Source: Phycisphaerales bacterium UBA7800 (lineage in GTDB: Bacteria; Planctomycetota; Phycisphaerae; Phycisphaerales; Phycisphaeraceae). Taken from it: a DNA stretch of 64,000 bases. The translations under genes and the position numbers were made by a program. The notes under the pieces were generated by a model, which saw only the letters and a list, made by a program, of their open reading frames with translations, was not told the DNA's origin and ran no database searches. The DNA lies in assembly GCA_002480565.1 (NCBI GenBank), contig DLCK01000080.1, positions 8,192 to 72,191 on the forward strand, in the 5' to 3' direction. Shown here piece by piece: positions 30,072-40,136 of the stretch (the first letter of the stretch is position 1; each line of letters begins with the position of its first letter).

Positions 30072-31205
30072 ATGACAAAGGGCATAGCATTGCAGAGAAC
30101 CGCTTTTTATAAGTTTCATTCCGACCGTGGCGCCAAGTTCGTTGACTTCGCTGGCTGGGAGATGCCGATCTCCTTTGGCTCAGTAATTGATGAGCATAAT
30201 CAGGTTCGCACCAAAGGTGGACTCTTTGACGTTTCACATATGGGACGTTTAAAACTGACAGGTCGTCATGTACGGCGTTTGCTTGAACGTATATTGACTC
30301 GCTATATCACTGATATGGCTGACAAGTCCTGCCGCTATGCACTGGTTTGTAATGAGCAGGGTGGTGTGTTGGATGATGTGATTCTTTACAAATTCCCATC
30401 GCATTACATGCTGGTGGTCAACGCTTCGAACCGACAGAAAATTCTTGAGCATTTAAACACGGTTGCCAAGGATGAAAGCCTGATCGTCAAGATTGATGAT
30501 CAGACGGAGTCGACAGCTATGGTCGCGTTGCAAGGTCCACGCGTGATGGAGAAGATTGGTGAGTTTTCTCGTGAAGTGCCGACGCTTAAGCGTTATAGCT
30601 TCTGCGAAAAGAATCTGTTGATCCTCAAGATGACCATTAGTCGCACGGGCTATACCGGCGAAGACGGCGTGGAAGTGATCATGGGTTCGATGATGGCCGA
30701 GAAAGCCATCAAGCTGCTGGTCAAGGAATCACCGAACCCTGAGGAAAACGTGATGAGTTCGGTCGGTCTTGCTGCCCGGGATACCTTGCGTCTTGAAGCT
30801 GCCATGCCACTGTATGGCCACGAGCTTTCCGAGACGATTGACCCGTTGACCGCCGGTCTGGACTTTGCGGTGACACTCAACAAAGAAGAGTTGGATCGCG
30901 GTGAAAAGTTCATCGGCCAGGACGCACTCAAAGCCATCAAAGCCGCAGGACTTAAACAGAAACGTGTCGGCATCAAATTCGAAGGCAAACGTACTCCACG
31001 TCAAGATATGACTGTGGTCAGTGATGGCAGTAAGGTCGGCTATGTCACCAGTGGTTGCCTGTCTCCGACTCTCGGCTATCCCATTGCGATGGCTTATGTC
31101 GATGTCGCAGTCTCTGAAATCGGCACCAAACTGTCGGTCGATCTTGGTAACGGTAAAACCATTGACGGTGAAGTCGTGGCATTGCCGTTCTACAAGAAAC
31201 CGTAA
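30072..31205 (+). CDS. gcvT: Glycine cleavage system aminomethyltransferase T
   Basis: FVDFAGWEMP, GLFDVSHMG, SRTGYTGEDG, GLAARDTLRLEAAMPLYG. Confidence 0.95.
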   Translation: MTKGIALQRTAFYKFHSDRGAKFVDFAGWEMPISFGSVIDEHNQVRTKGGLFDVSHMGRLKLTGRHVRRLLERILTRYITDMADKSCRYALVCNEQGGVLDDVILYKFPSHYMLVVNASNRQKILEHLNTVAKDESLIVKIDDQTESTAMVALQGPRVMEKIGEFSREVPTLKRYSFCEKNLLILKMTISRTGYTGEDGVEVIMGSMMAEKAIKLLVKESPNPEENVMSSVGLAARDTLRLEAAMPLYGHELSETIDPLTAGLDFAVTLNKEELDRGEKFIGQDALKAIKAAGLKQKRVGIKFEGKRTPRQDMTVVSDGSKVGYVTSGCLSPTLGYPIAMAYVDVAVSEIGTKLSVDLGNGKTIDGEVVALPFYKKP

Positions 31206-31237
31206 AGACTTCAGAATTTGAAATATAAATGAATATG

Positions 31238-31275
31238 ACGCGGGAACTCGAATTGGCGAGTTCCCGCGTTTTTTT
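31238..31275 (+). terminator. Intrinsic terminator after gcvT
   Basis: 13-bp perfect stem ACGCGGGAACTCG / CGAGTTCCCGCGT followed by a T run. Confidence 0.85.
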
Positions 31276-32269
31276 ACTGCATGTCCAACAACTGCCTGAT
31301 TTGGTTGGCGGTGGTTTGCTTCTGGTTTTTACGGTAGTCCTTGGGAGTGCTGCCTGTGGCATTGCGGAACCAGTTGGTGAAGTGTGCCGGCTGTTTGAAT
31401 GCCATGTCGAAAGCCAATTGCTTGATGGGAATCTTGCTGCTGATGAGCATGGTGCATGCATAGTTGAGTCGTTGCATCTGGGCATAGGCTTTAGGTGTCA
31501 GCCCCATTCGAGCGACGAAGATGCGATTGAGTTGGCTGATGCTAAGCCCTGCATGTTGCTCGATGGCTTTGCGATTGTAGGTTGTGTGACAGGCTGTTTG
31601 CTCAATGAATCGCATGGTATCGTTGATCCGTTGATCGGTGACAAACTGCATGTTTAAAGTGCGATCCATTTGTTGCATACTGTGGTGATAGGCATTGACC
31701 CATTTGAGCATCGCCTGCTGAAGTTGAATGTACTGTGGCAGGGAGCAGCTGTGTTTGAGCATGCCTTCTTCCATGTACGGCAAGGTAGGTGTCAGATGCA
31801 GGACGCGTTTGCAGATGCGCGTGAGTTGTCCTGCTGCACGATTGAGATTGGCAAAGCGTTCTGCTGCAAAGCTGATCCATTGATCATGTGGGTAAAGCAT
31901 TTGATGGTTGGGCCAACTGATAATGGTTCTGATGGAGATGATCCGAGCGTCATCCGAAAAGTGATGTTCAATCTTGTCCGCAACAGGGAAAAACCAGTTG
32001 CCATGTGCAACAGTCATATTGCCTGCGGTAGGGCTGGTGACCGTGACGTTGCCCTGGAGGATTTGCCAAGCAGTGATGGTGACGAACTCCGGGCCGACGT
32101 GGTGAAGTTCCTGAGGTGGACCTTCATACGCCCAGACGAGCTTCATGCGCATACGATCCCAATCAAGGTGCCTGAGTTGAGTTGGGGTGGTTTGCGGTCT
32201 CAATGCGTTGATATTGTAATTTTTTACGCAATTCTGGCAAGCGAAAACTCGCTTTTGTTCGAGTCTCAC
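31274..32269 (-). CDS. AraC family transcriptional regulator
   Basis: C-terminal double HTH (GLSISQLNRIF...IKQLAFDMAFKQPAHFTNWFRNATGSTPKDYR). Start uncertain. Confidence 0.85.
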   Translation of the reverse strand: MRLEQKRVFACQNCVKNYNINALRPQTTPTQLRHLDWDRMRMKLVWAYEGPPQELHHVGPEFVTITAWQILQGNVTVTSPTAGNMTVAHGNWFFPVADKIEHHFSDDARIISIRTIISWPNHQMLYPHDQWISFAAERFANLNRAAGQLTRICKRVLHLTPTLPYMEEGMLKHSCSLPQYIQLQQAMLKWVNAYHHSMQQMDRTLNMQFVTDQRINDTMRFIEQTACHTTYNRKAIEQHAGLSISQLNRIFVARMGLTPKAYAQMQRLNYACTMLISSKIPIKQLAFDMAFKQPAHFTNWFRNATGSTPKDYRKNQKQTTANQIRQLLDMQ

Positions 32270-32345
32270 CGCCTAGACTATTCATATGAGATCACAGTGG
32301 GATTAATCCCATGGGTAGATGTATTGATTGTGGAAGGAACCAACC

Positions 32346-33065
32346 ATGCGACGATCCCGACTTGAAGGTTTTACACTCATTGAGTTACTTGTGGTGATTT
32401 CGATCATCGCGTTGCTGATCGCCATTTTACTTCCTGCTCTGGGGAAGGCTCGTAAGTCTGCTGCCCGTGTTGCTTGTCAGACGCGGTTGCATCATCTGAT
32501 GGTTGCATCATTGGCTTTTGCGGTGGACAACAAGGATACGTTCCCCAATCGCGGTAAGCCGGCCTACCCGCATGCGACCAGCGCCAATACCGGTAGCATT
32601 TACTTTGTCGATGCCAACCCGTCTGATCGGTACCCGCTGAATGTTTGGCAGGAACGTTACATGCAGGGCAGTCGAGGGGACACTTTGTTTTGCCCAGGTG
32701 ACCTGGTCAACGATCCATCTCGCCGTGCCGATGCGCCGGGGTATAGCAAGGAATGGATGACCTATCAATATTTTGGTGATGCCAACATTGCCAACCGTTG
32801 GGGGTGGGGCCAGTGGCGATCGAGTCGTCAACTGCTTGATCCCAACGATGTGCATACCAGCCCCAAGACACCGATTTGGAGCTGTATCACGGCACGTTAT
32901 AAGGCCACCGGTCTATGGCTTGCACACGACTCGGCCAATGGCACAGAAACCCAGGGCCAAAACTCCGCGCAACTTGATGGTTCCGTCAAGTGGGTTCAGT
33001 TCGAAAATCTCGAATGGGTCGTTTACAGCGGGAGCCTTGAATTCTACCGATGGGACAGACAGTAA
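32346..33065 (+). CDS. Prepilin-type N-terminal cleavage/methylation protein (DUF1559-like)
   Basis: [31 protein letters not shown], and C-terminal H...[13 protein letters not shown]. Confidence 0.88.
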   Translation: MRRSRLEGFTLIELLVVISIIALLIAILLPALGKARKSAARVACQTRLHHLMVASLAFAVDNKDTFPNRGKPAYPHATSANTGSIYFVDANPSDRYPLNVWQERYMQGSRGDTLFCPGDLVNDPSRRADAPGYSKEWMTYQYFGDANIANRWGWGQWRSSRQLLDPNDVHTSPKTPIWSCITARYKATGLWLAHDSANGTETQGQNSAQLDGSVKWVQFENLEWVVYSGSLEFYRWDRQ

Positions 33066-33181
33066 ACGATCAGACCTTCAGCAAGACGCATTGATAGATA
33101 CATCAATTGTTGATGACGTCGACTTACCAAGCATAGATTCGTTTTGGATTGAATATCAGAACAACAATTGAATATTCTTGA

Positions 33182-33553
33182 TCACACATCAAAGCTTTGT
33201 GCGGCTTTGTCGTTGGTGTCCTGAATGTTGAAGGACAGATGCAAACGTGTGATGTGGAATATTTCATAGACCGATGGTTGAACCTGTGCGATGCGCAATT
33301 GGCCATGCGCTGCGTCGAGCTTACGCTGAATACCGATCATTTCACCAAGCAGACTTGAAGACAGATGTTCGACCATACTCATGTCGATGATCACGCGTGG
33401 ATTCTGGCGGCGTTCAAGGATGTCGAAAATCACAGCACGCAATTTCTCGACCCATGCCTGGCCGGTGAGGAATTGGCCCAAGGGTTTGACCAGCACGATA
33501 CCATCATGACTTTTCTTGACTTCAATCGGACATTCACTGGTATTTAAACTCAT
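33182..33553 (-). CDS. STAS domain anti-sigma factor antagonist
   Basis: VIIDMSMVEHLSSSLLG...IFHITRL, with the conserved phospho-acceptor Ser region. Confidence 0.85.
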   Translation of the reverse strand: MSLNTSECPIEVKKSHDGIVLVKPLGQFLTGQAWVEKLRAVIFDILERRQNPRVIIDMSMVEHLSSSLLGEMIGIQRKLDAAHGQLRIAQVQPSVYEIFHITRLHLSFNIQDTNDKAAQSFDV

Positions 33554-33662
33554 AGGTCAATCTTATTTGCGTCGTTATTGGGAAGATGAGTCCAGGGTGT
33601 GATGAAGGTATTCTACCAGAATCGCTGGCAGATCACACCCATTTAAAGGGGTATTTTTGTCG

Positions 33663-34316
33663 TTAACGATCTTTGACCCATTTGGCGGGTATCCCCATGT
33701 AAATGCCGCGTGGCTTGGTGTCTTTCGTCAGCACCGAGTTGGCACCAATGACGCAACCTTGAGCAATATGCGTGTTCGCTATGATCGTTGCATTGGCACC
33801 GATCCAGATGTCCTGTTCAAGTGTAATGGGGCCAGCGACAGAAGGGGCCAATGCCATTGGTATATCAGTGACATGATGATCATGTCCGACCGTTGCAAGC
33901 ACGACATGCGATGCGATGTTGCAGTAGGGGCCGATGGTTAATCCACCATGCCCGTAGAGAACAGCATTAGGTGCAAAGTGCGAGTGATGTCCGATGTGGA
34001 TAAAGCTTTTCTCACTGTTACCTGTTGAAAGATAGACACCCGGATACAGAGTTACATGATCTTCGATGATCAGTTCACTGCTGCCTTGAATAAACACGTT
34101 TGGATAGATGGTGACATCGTTGCCGATTCGACCGATGCGCAGCGCATCATGAAGGTGAAAACCGTGCATGATGGTGACGTTGTTGCCAACGGATAAACAT
34201 TGGGGAGCATGGATGATGGCATTCGGATCAACGATCACGTTCTCACCACAGGCTGAAAATTGTTTGCGCAGGTCGGTCATGGATACTGACATTATACGGG
34301 AATATGCAACAGTCAA
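33663..34316 (-). CDS. Hexapeptide-repeat acyltransferase
   Basis: Extended LbH repeats, and PITLEQDIWIGANATI...VIGANSVLTKD...GIPAK. Confidence 0.85.
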   Translation of the reverse strand: MTVAYSRIMSVSMTDLRKQFSACGENVIVDPNAIIHAPQCLSVGNNVTIMHGFHLHDALRIGRIGNDVTIYPNVFIQGSSELIIEDHVTLYPGVYLSTGNSEKSFIHIGHHSHFAPNAVLYGHGGLTIGPYCNIASHVVLATVGHDHHVTDIPMALAPSVAGPITLEQDIWIGANATIIANTHIAQGCVIGANSVLTKDTKPRGIYMGIPAKWVKDR

Positions 34317-34434
34317 TTAAGTGATGCGATTCAGATCACAAACATGATATCGTCTGGATAGTTCATAATAAGTCGTCATGCCCCAAACGGGGTGTCAATC
34401 CAATACATTGGCAGGATCATTGGCATCATCGCAT

Positions 34435-34470
34435 AAAAAAACACGGGATGCATCAACCTGCATCCCGTGT
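34435..34470 (-). terminator. Intrinsic terminator after the sigma factor gene
   Basis: 12-bp perfect stem ACACGGGATGCA / TGCATCCCGTGT with a 6-T run on the minus strand. Confidence 0.85.
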
Positions 34471-34532
34471 ATCAATTGGCGTTGATCGGCTATATAAATT
34501 TTAAATAAAATGAAATAAGTGCAGCGTAAAGC

Positions 34533-35525
34533 TTAGCGCAGATAATCGCCTTCCAAAGTTACGCGGATTTTCTTCAGAGCCTTGTTCTGGATCTGACGGA
34601 CACGTTCCTTGGTCACGCCAATCAACCGTCCTACTTCTTCAAGGGTCAACGGCGAAGCGTCGGGTTGTTTGTGGAGTTTTTCGCCAATGGCAAAGCGGTG
34701 CTCAATGACCTGCTTTTCGACCTTGGTCAGATCGGCGGTGTTCTTGTTGAGAATTTGCAACACTTCAGTCGCACAGTCCATCTCGTGACCTTCACGGCAG
34801 CGTTCCATGTAGTCCGAGCGTTCCATCTTGGGATCAAAGTCCGCTGGGAACATCTGGCGATACCGCGTGTGCTTCATGCCGCTGCGTGAAAAGGCTTTGA
34901 GAATCGCACGGCAGGCATAGGTTGAAAATTTGAATCCACGTCCAACATCAAACTTATCCACGGCACGCAGAAGAGCCATATTGCCTTCGCTGACCAGATC
35001 GGAAAAGTCCATGTCAATACTGCGGGCTCGCTTGGCCATGGCAAGAACCAAAGCCAGGTTCGTCTTGGCGATTTTATGACGGTAGTACTCAGAGCGTTCA
35101 AACCAACTAAATAGGTTGGCCTGGTTTTCGTCAGAAGGGGATTCCTGCTCGCTGATCTCGGCCTTGATCATCCAGACGCGATAGCGACAAAAATTAAATC
35201 GCAAGAACAAAGTCTGCTCCTGCTCCGTAGTCAAGAGAAGAGACGATGCTTGTCGCATGGTGGTGGAAGTAGGAACATCCATCACTGGGCGATACCAGCT
35301 CGTATCCGGTTCTTGAATGACTGGCAATTCTTCAAAGAGTTTGGCTTCAAATTCCTGTTCATGAAAATCAGGATGATCGATGAAGTCAAAAGTCTCCGTG
35401 AAAATGCACCTGAGAAACGGTTGCTTTGATTCTGATACGCGAGACCACCAAGCTGGATCAGTCTCTTGTGTCGGATCTATCGTTCCGTTTTCAGGCAACT
35501 TTGCCGTGCTGAGTGATGCACTCAT
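34533..35525 (-). CDS. Atypical sigma-70 family RNA polymerase sigma factor
   Basis: Region 2 NLALVLAMAK...DLVSEGNMALLRAVDKFD...GFKFSTYA; region 4 LTLEEVGRLIGVTKERVRQIQNKALKK. Confidence 0.9.
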   Translation of the reverse strand: MSASLSTAKLPENGTIDPTQETDPAWWSRVSESKQPFLRCIFTETFDFIDHPDFHEQEFEAKLFEELPVIQEPDTSWYRPVMDVPTSTTMRQASSLLLTTEQEQTLFLRFNFCRYRVWMIKAEISEQESPSDENQANLFSWFERSEYYRHKIAKTNLALVLAMAKRARSIDMDFSDLVSEGNMALLRAVDKFDVGRGFKFSTYACRAILKAFSRSGMKHTRYRQMFPADFDPKMERSDYMERCREGHEMDCATEVLQILNKNTADLTKVEKQVIEHRFAIGEKLHKQPDASPLTLEEVGRLIGVTKERVRQIQNKALKKIRVTLEGDYLR

Positions 35526-36005
35526 AGGCCAACCTGCCTCTCACACTGTTTGGGATACCCTATCCCTGTCTCTCACTATCTCTTCCCGCTGCTTTTAAAG
35601 ACTCGGCGAAAGACTTGAACCGTGATCTTTTACTGACAGCACACACTCTCTGCTCTTAAAGTTACACTCTTTTGGGACGAGATGTTTCGAATACGCTAAA
35701 TTTTTTTATTTTTTTTTGCCTAAATTCGGTTTAACCCGTCATGAAAAACATCGTCCAATCCGGTTATATTTTGCCACTTTTTGATCAAATACCCTGGTGT
35801 AAAATTGAAAACAAACGACAGCGGCGTCTTAATTAAATTGTTGAGAATAATTGAATTACGTCAGGAATATTGCTTTGGTCAACTTGATTTATGTCGGTAT
35901 GAACCTTACGATTTGACTTACAGAATTTGACCGCTATGCCTTTTTCGGTGTAAGTCAACCATTAATACACTCAGAGACCTTTTTAGCACTCTCAAGGAGC
36001 CAAAC

Positions 36006-36629
36006 ATGGCATACGAAGTCCCCAGTCTGACTTATTCATTTGACGCACTTGAACCCCATATCGATGCGCGAACGATGGAAATTCATCACGACAAGCATCA
36101 CGCAGCCTACGTCAGCAAGCTCAACGCTGCTGTGGAAGGTCTGGAAGTGCCTGCATGTATCTGCGAATTGATCAGCGATATCAGCAAGCTTCCGGCCGAT
36201 AAGCAGGGCGCTGTTCGCAATAACGGTGGCGGACACGCTAACCATACTCTGTTCTGGGAAATCATGGCTCCAGGTGGCGCATCAGCACCATCAGGTGACT
36301 TGGCTGCAGCGATCGAATCAGACCTTGGTGGTTTTGACGCATTCAAGACCGCATTCTCCAATGCCGCTGCAACCCGCTTCGGCTCCGGCTGGGCATGGTT
36401 ATGTGTCAAGGAAGATGGCAAGCTCTGCGTCTGCTCAACACCCAATCAAGATAACCCCGTCATGAAGGGCATCGCCGAATGTGCAGCCAAGCCCATCCTT
36501 GGTCTGGACGTTTGGGAACACGCTTATTACCTCAACTATCAAAACCGTCGTCCTGATTACGTTGCTGCATTCTTCAACGTCATCAACTGGGACGTCGTGG
36601 CTGCCAAATACGCCAAAGCCAAAGGCTAA
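36006..36629 (+). CDS. sodA: Fe/Mn superoxide dismutase, probably Mn-type
   Basis: [33 protein letters not shown]. Confidence 0.92.
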   Translation: MAYEVPSLTYSFDALEPHIDARTMEIHHDKHHAAYVSKLNAAVEGLEVPACICELISDISKLPADKQGAVRNNGGGHANHTLFWEIMAPGGASAPSGDLAAAIESDLGGFDAFKTAFSNAAATRFGSGWAWLCVKEDGKLCVCSTPNQDNPVMKGIAECAAKPILGLDVWEHAYYLNYQNRRPDYVAAFFNVINWDVVAAKYAKAKG

Positions 36630-36862
36630 ACCAATCCATTCCAACGATTGGAACCCCGAAGCTTGACTGCTTTTCATTGTGACATGTTCACAGATGAATG
36701 GCCTGAAAGCTTCATATAACCGTACGGAGCAACCCGCCTTGCTTCGTGCGGTTTTTCTTTGGCATCAATCTGCTACATGACATCGCATGTTCAGGGACGC
36801 TTAAGTATGTCAAACACTTGAATTCCCAAAACAACCAAAATCCGCTATCCTTTTGCGTTTCC

Positions 36863-38218
36863 ATGAGCACGAATCAAACCAATACAACCAAGCCGGTCTT
36901 CGGGCATATTCTGATGGGGGGCGCATTAAGCGGCGCCTTGGTCCGAGATATCCGACTGGCAAATGAGCTGGCAAGTCGCGGGTATGAAGTCCATGTCTGG
37001 TGGGCAATGGATATCCAGAAAGACGCGCCGCTCGACAGCCGTATTCATCAACACGTCCTGTTCTCCGGCTTGCGCTATGCTTACAAAATCGGACGCCCGG
37101 TCATGGATGCTTTGGGTAAGCTTTCGCAAAAGCTTTACTCGGATAAAAAGCGTTCGCGGACGCTGCAAAAGCGTGGCAAGATGCTACAGAACATCATGGG
37201 TAATTTCCTGAAACTCGTCGCAGATGGCGTGGAAAAGGACGCTGGCCCACTTAATCGCTTCATTCGGGAAGTGTCTGAAGCCAAGATCACACACATGTTC
37301 CCCATGCTCGCGGCATTGGCGCCCTATGCCTTGGCTGCACGTGATCGCTGCCCGTTAAAACCCAAGTGTCAGATGATCTTCCAAGGGTACGAACTCTACA
37401 TCAACTACGCTCGTGCGATCGGTATTGAGCAGGATGTCTATGCCCGATTCCGTAAATGTGCAAACCAAACGGATTGGCAAGCGGTCTGTGTCAGTGAGGA
37501 TTACAAAGAACGCGTCATCGAAGATATCGGCGTCGATGCGGATCGACTCATTGCTATTCCTCCTGGTGTTCCTGCACAGCAGACACTCACTCGCGAAGAT
37601 GCCTGGAAGCATATCCATAAACGCTTTCCTGGTTTTGAGACGGACATTCCACTCATCACGTACCTGGGACGGCAGGATGTGGAGAAGGGGATTGACCTGC
37701 TGCTTTATGCCTGCAAAATACTCCAACAGCGGGGCGTGAAATTCAAGCTTCTCATTGCTGGCCCGACACTCTTTGGTGAAGCCAATCAAGTGACGATTGT
37801 TCAACTGATTGAAAACCTGCGACTTGATAAGCACGTTCATCGCAACAAAATGATTCCCGAAGACATGCGCATTGCCTTTTTCGCAGCAAGTACCTGCGTG
37901 GTCTATCCATCGATTCACCGTGAGCCGTTTGGAATGGTTCCCGTTGAAGCAGGAGCATTTGGTACGCCAGCAGTCGTCCCAGGATATGGCGGCGTTGCGC
38001 AGACCGTCAAGGTCAACGGACTACAAAGCGGTCTGCACTTTGATGTATGGGATTCAGGTAGTCTTGCAGATCAGTTGCAAAAACTCATCGAAGACAAAGA
38101 ACTTTGGCAGAAACTCTCCGAACAGGGACCAGCTGTTGCAAACTATTATTCGGTCCCCAATCTTGCCAACCGGTTATTGGACATGATGCAGATACCGTAT
38201 TCAACGGAAAATACATAA
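36863..38218 (+). CDS. Stand-alone GT4 glycosyltransferase
   Basis: YLGRQDVEKG and PSIHREPFGMVPVEA. Start ATG 36863 preferred; the track gives 36746. Confidence 0.8.
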   Translation: MSTNQTNTTKPVFGHILMGGALSGALVRDIRLANELASRGYEVHVWWAMDIQKDAPLDSRIHQHVLFSGLRYAYKIGRPVMDALGKLSQKLYSDKKRSRTLQKRGKMLQNIMGNFLKLVADGVEKDAGPLNRFIREVSEAKITHMFPMLAALAPYALAARDRCPLKPKCQMIFQGYELYINYARAIGIEQDVYARFRKCANQTDWQAVCVSEDYKERVIEDIGVDADRLIAIPPGVPAQQTLTREDAWKHIHKRFPGFETDIPLITYLGRQDVEKGIDLLLYACKILQQRGVKFKLLIAGPTLFGEANQVTIVQLIENLRLDKHVHRNKMIPEDMRIAFFAASTCVVYPSIHREPFGMVPVEAGAFGTPAVVPGYGGVAQTVKVNGLQSGLHFDVWDSGSLADQLQKLIEDKELWQKLSEQGPAVANYYSVPNLANRLLDMMQIPYSTENT

Positions 38219-38271
38219 CACACGCATGAGTGATGCATGTCTTTGGACTCTTTTGATGATTCCCGGATACC

Positions 38272-38427
38272 TTAGCGGCTACGTGGTAGAACCGTGTCCC
38301 AGAAGGACATGATCATATCCATTGTTCGATCCACTGAATAATCCGGTCCCATCAGACACACGACAACTGTCACTGCTCCAGCGAATGCCAAAAAGAGAAT
38401 AAGTTGTTCGCCTTGATGCCGACGCAT
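38272..38427 (-). CDS. Small (51 aa) single-TM protein, below the ORF track cut-off
   Basis: Translated by hand: MRRHQGEQLILFLAFAGAVTVVVCLMGPDYSVDRTMDMIMSFWDTVLPRSR*. AAGGA lies just upstream of the ATG. Confidence 0.5.
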   Translation of the reverse strand: MRRHQGEQLILFLAFAGAVTVVVCLMGPDYSVDRTMDMIMSFWDTVLPRSR

Positions 38428-38625
38428 GGCTTTATCCTTACTTTGAGTAAGTTACCAACAAACCTATTTTGTACTGCTCGGACCTTTACCACGTTTTATG
38501 CATCGGCGTTATAGATGTTAGACTTGATACAGTAATTAAGAATTTACCAACTTAACATTTCGACAATTAAATTCATATGCTGTATTTCTGTTTCGATTGA
38601 AATTGATATTCGTAGTTAAATACAA

Positions 38626-38700
38626 ATGAACACAGATAAAGTCGCAAGTCACGTGGAATGTAACCATTCTCGGCTGTGCGTTTACCTGTGTTCATCTGTG
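38626..38700. repeat. Palindromic intergenic element
   Basis: ATGAACACAGATAAA (38626-38640) is the inverted partner of TTTACCTGTGTTCAT (38681-38695), 14/15 match, followed by an extra CTGTG. Confidence 0.7.
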
Positions 38701-38734
38701 ATAAACAATGTTTGGTTGCCAAATATTTGAAGCG

Positions 38735-39970
38735 TTAGACTGACAGTTTGCTCTTGAGTCGGTTCATCGCTTCGTTGATGTTTTCGCGGCTGTTAAATGC
38801 GCTGATGCGGAAATAGCCTTCGCCGGACGCACCAAAGCCACTGCCGGGGGTTCCGACGATGTTGCATTCGTTTAGCAGCTTGTCGAAGAAGTCCCAGCTT
38901 GCCATACCGCCGGGCGTTTTGACCCACACGTACGGTGCATTTTCACCGCCGTAGGTGTCGATGCCCATGCTCGTGAGCGTGTTGCGGACGATCAAAGCGT
39001 TCTCCATGTAGAAGCCGACGGTCGCCTTGATCTGTTGTTTACCTTCTTGGCTGTAGGCTGCTGCGGCACCTTTTTGGATGACGTAGGACGCGCCGTTGAA
39101 CTTGGTGCATTGACGACGGTTCCAAAGCTTGTGTAATGACACATCGTTGCCATTGGCATCCTTACCCATGAGTGTCTTGGGCACGACCAGGAATCCGCAA
39201 CGCATGCCGGTGAAGCCTGCGTTTTTCGAGAAGCTGCGTGACTCGATGGCTACTTCACGAGCGCCTGGAATTTCGTAGATTGAATGAGGGACGCTGCTGT
39301 CCTGGATGAACGCTTCATACGCAGCATCGTAGAGAATGATTGAGCCGTTTTCCTTGGCATAGTTCACCCACTGCGTCAACGCTTCCTTGGTCATCACCGC
39401 GCCAGTGGGATTGTTCGGTGAGCAAAGATAAATCACATCCACCTTCTGGTCCGGCAAGGCAGGGATGAATTCATTATCCGCGGTCATGGGCATGTAAACC
39501 AGACCTTCGTACTCACCTTTGTCGTTGGCTTCACCAGTGTTGCCAATCATCACGTTGGTATCCACATAGACCGGATAGACCGGGTCGGTGACCGCGATCT
39601 TGTTACCTTTTCCTAGGATGTCCAGCACATTACCGGTGTCACACTTGGCACCATCGGAGATGAAGATTTCATCTGCTGCCACATCACAGCCACGTGGGGC
39701 GTAGTCGTTTTCGACGATGGCTTCACGCAGAAAACCATAGCCTTGCTCCGGGCCGTAGCCTTTGAAGGTTTCGCGACTGGCCTGTTCGTCGACCGCTGCG
39801 TGCATCGCCTTGACGATCGCTTCGGGTAACGGTTCAGTTACGTCACCGATACCGAGCTTGATGATCGGAGCATCTGGATTGGCCTTTTGGAACTCAGCGA
39901 CACGGCGGCCGATTTCCGGGAACAGATAGCCAGCCTTGAGTTTGAGGTAGTTGTCATTGATAGTTGCCAT
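38735..39970 (-). CDS. dapL: LL-diaminopimelate aminotransferase
   Basis: [55 protein letters not shown]. Start ATG 39970. Confidence 0.95.
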   Translation of the reverse strand: MATINDNYLKLKAGYLFPEIGRRVAEFQKANPDAPIIKLGIGDVTEPLPEAIVKAMHAAVDEQASRETFKGYGPEQGYGFLREAIVENDYAPRGCDVAADEIFISDGAKCDTGNVLDILGKGNKIAVTDPVYPVYVDTNVMIGNTGEANDKGEYEGLVYMPMTADNEFIPALPDQKVDVIYLCSPNNPTGAVMTKEALTQWVNYAKENGSIILYDAAYEAFIQDSSVPHSIYEIPGAREVAIESRSFSKNAGFTGMRCGFLVVPKTLMGKDANGNDVSLHKLWNRRQCTKFNGASYVIQKGAAAAYSQEGKQQIKATVGFYMENALIVRNTLTSMGIDTYGGENAPYVWVKTPGGMASWDFFDKLLNECNIVGTPGSGFGASGEGYFRISAFNSRENINEAMNRLKSKLSV

Positions 39971-39994
39971 TGTGTATGTCCTAACTTTTGTTTT

Positions 39995-40026
39995 AACCGC
40001 CAAGACGCCAAGGACGCCAAGGACAG
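39995..40026. repeat. Short tandem CGCCAAG(G)A x3 element
   Basis: AACCGCCAAGA-CGCCAAGGA-CGCCAAGGA-CAG, in the dapL 5' region. Confidence 0.65.
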
Positions 40027-40048
40027 AATTGAAATCTAAAAACAGTTT

Positions 40049-40132
40049 TTTACCACAGAGACACAGAGCCTGAAAAAGTCAGAGGAAAACATTGCTTTGT
40101 CTTTCTCTGTGTCTCTGTGCCTCTGTGGTAAA
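40049..40132. repeat. Palindromic element built from 8-bp CTCTGTGN units
   Basis: Left arm TTTACCACAGAG-ACACAGAG; right arm CTCTGTGT-CTCTGTGC-CTCTGTGGTAAA. The outer 12 bp are a perfect inverted repeat. Confidence 0.8.
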
Positions 40133-40136
40133 GATA

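Noticed and set aside
31229-32365. Long + strand ORFs (31229-31657, 31670-32365)
   Set aside because: They are antisense shadows of the AraC gene with no recognisable motifs. The same applies to shadows over alaS (e.g. 40533-41255, 41979-42740) and other genes.
35842-35856. Fur/PerR-like box TGAGAATAATTGAAT upstream of sodA
   Set aside because: Only the left half fits a 7-1-7 palindrome, and the region is AT-rich, so chance is likely.
38626-40132. CRISPR array or IS-flanked composite transposon around dapL
   Set aside because: There is no repeat-spacer periodicity, no cas or transposase gene, and the flanking elements are not identical to each other.
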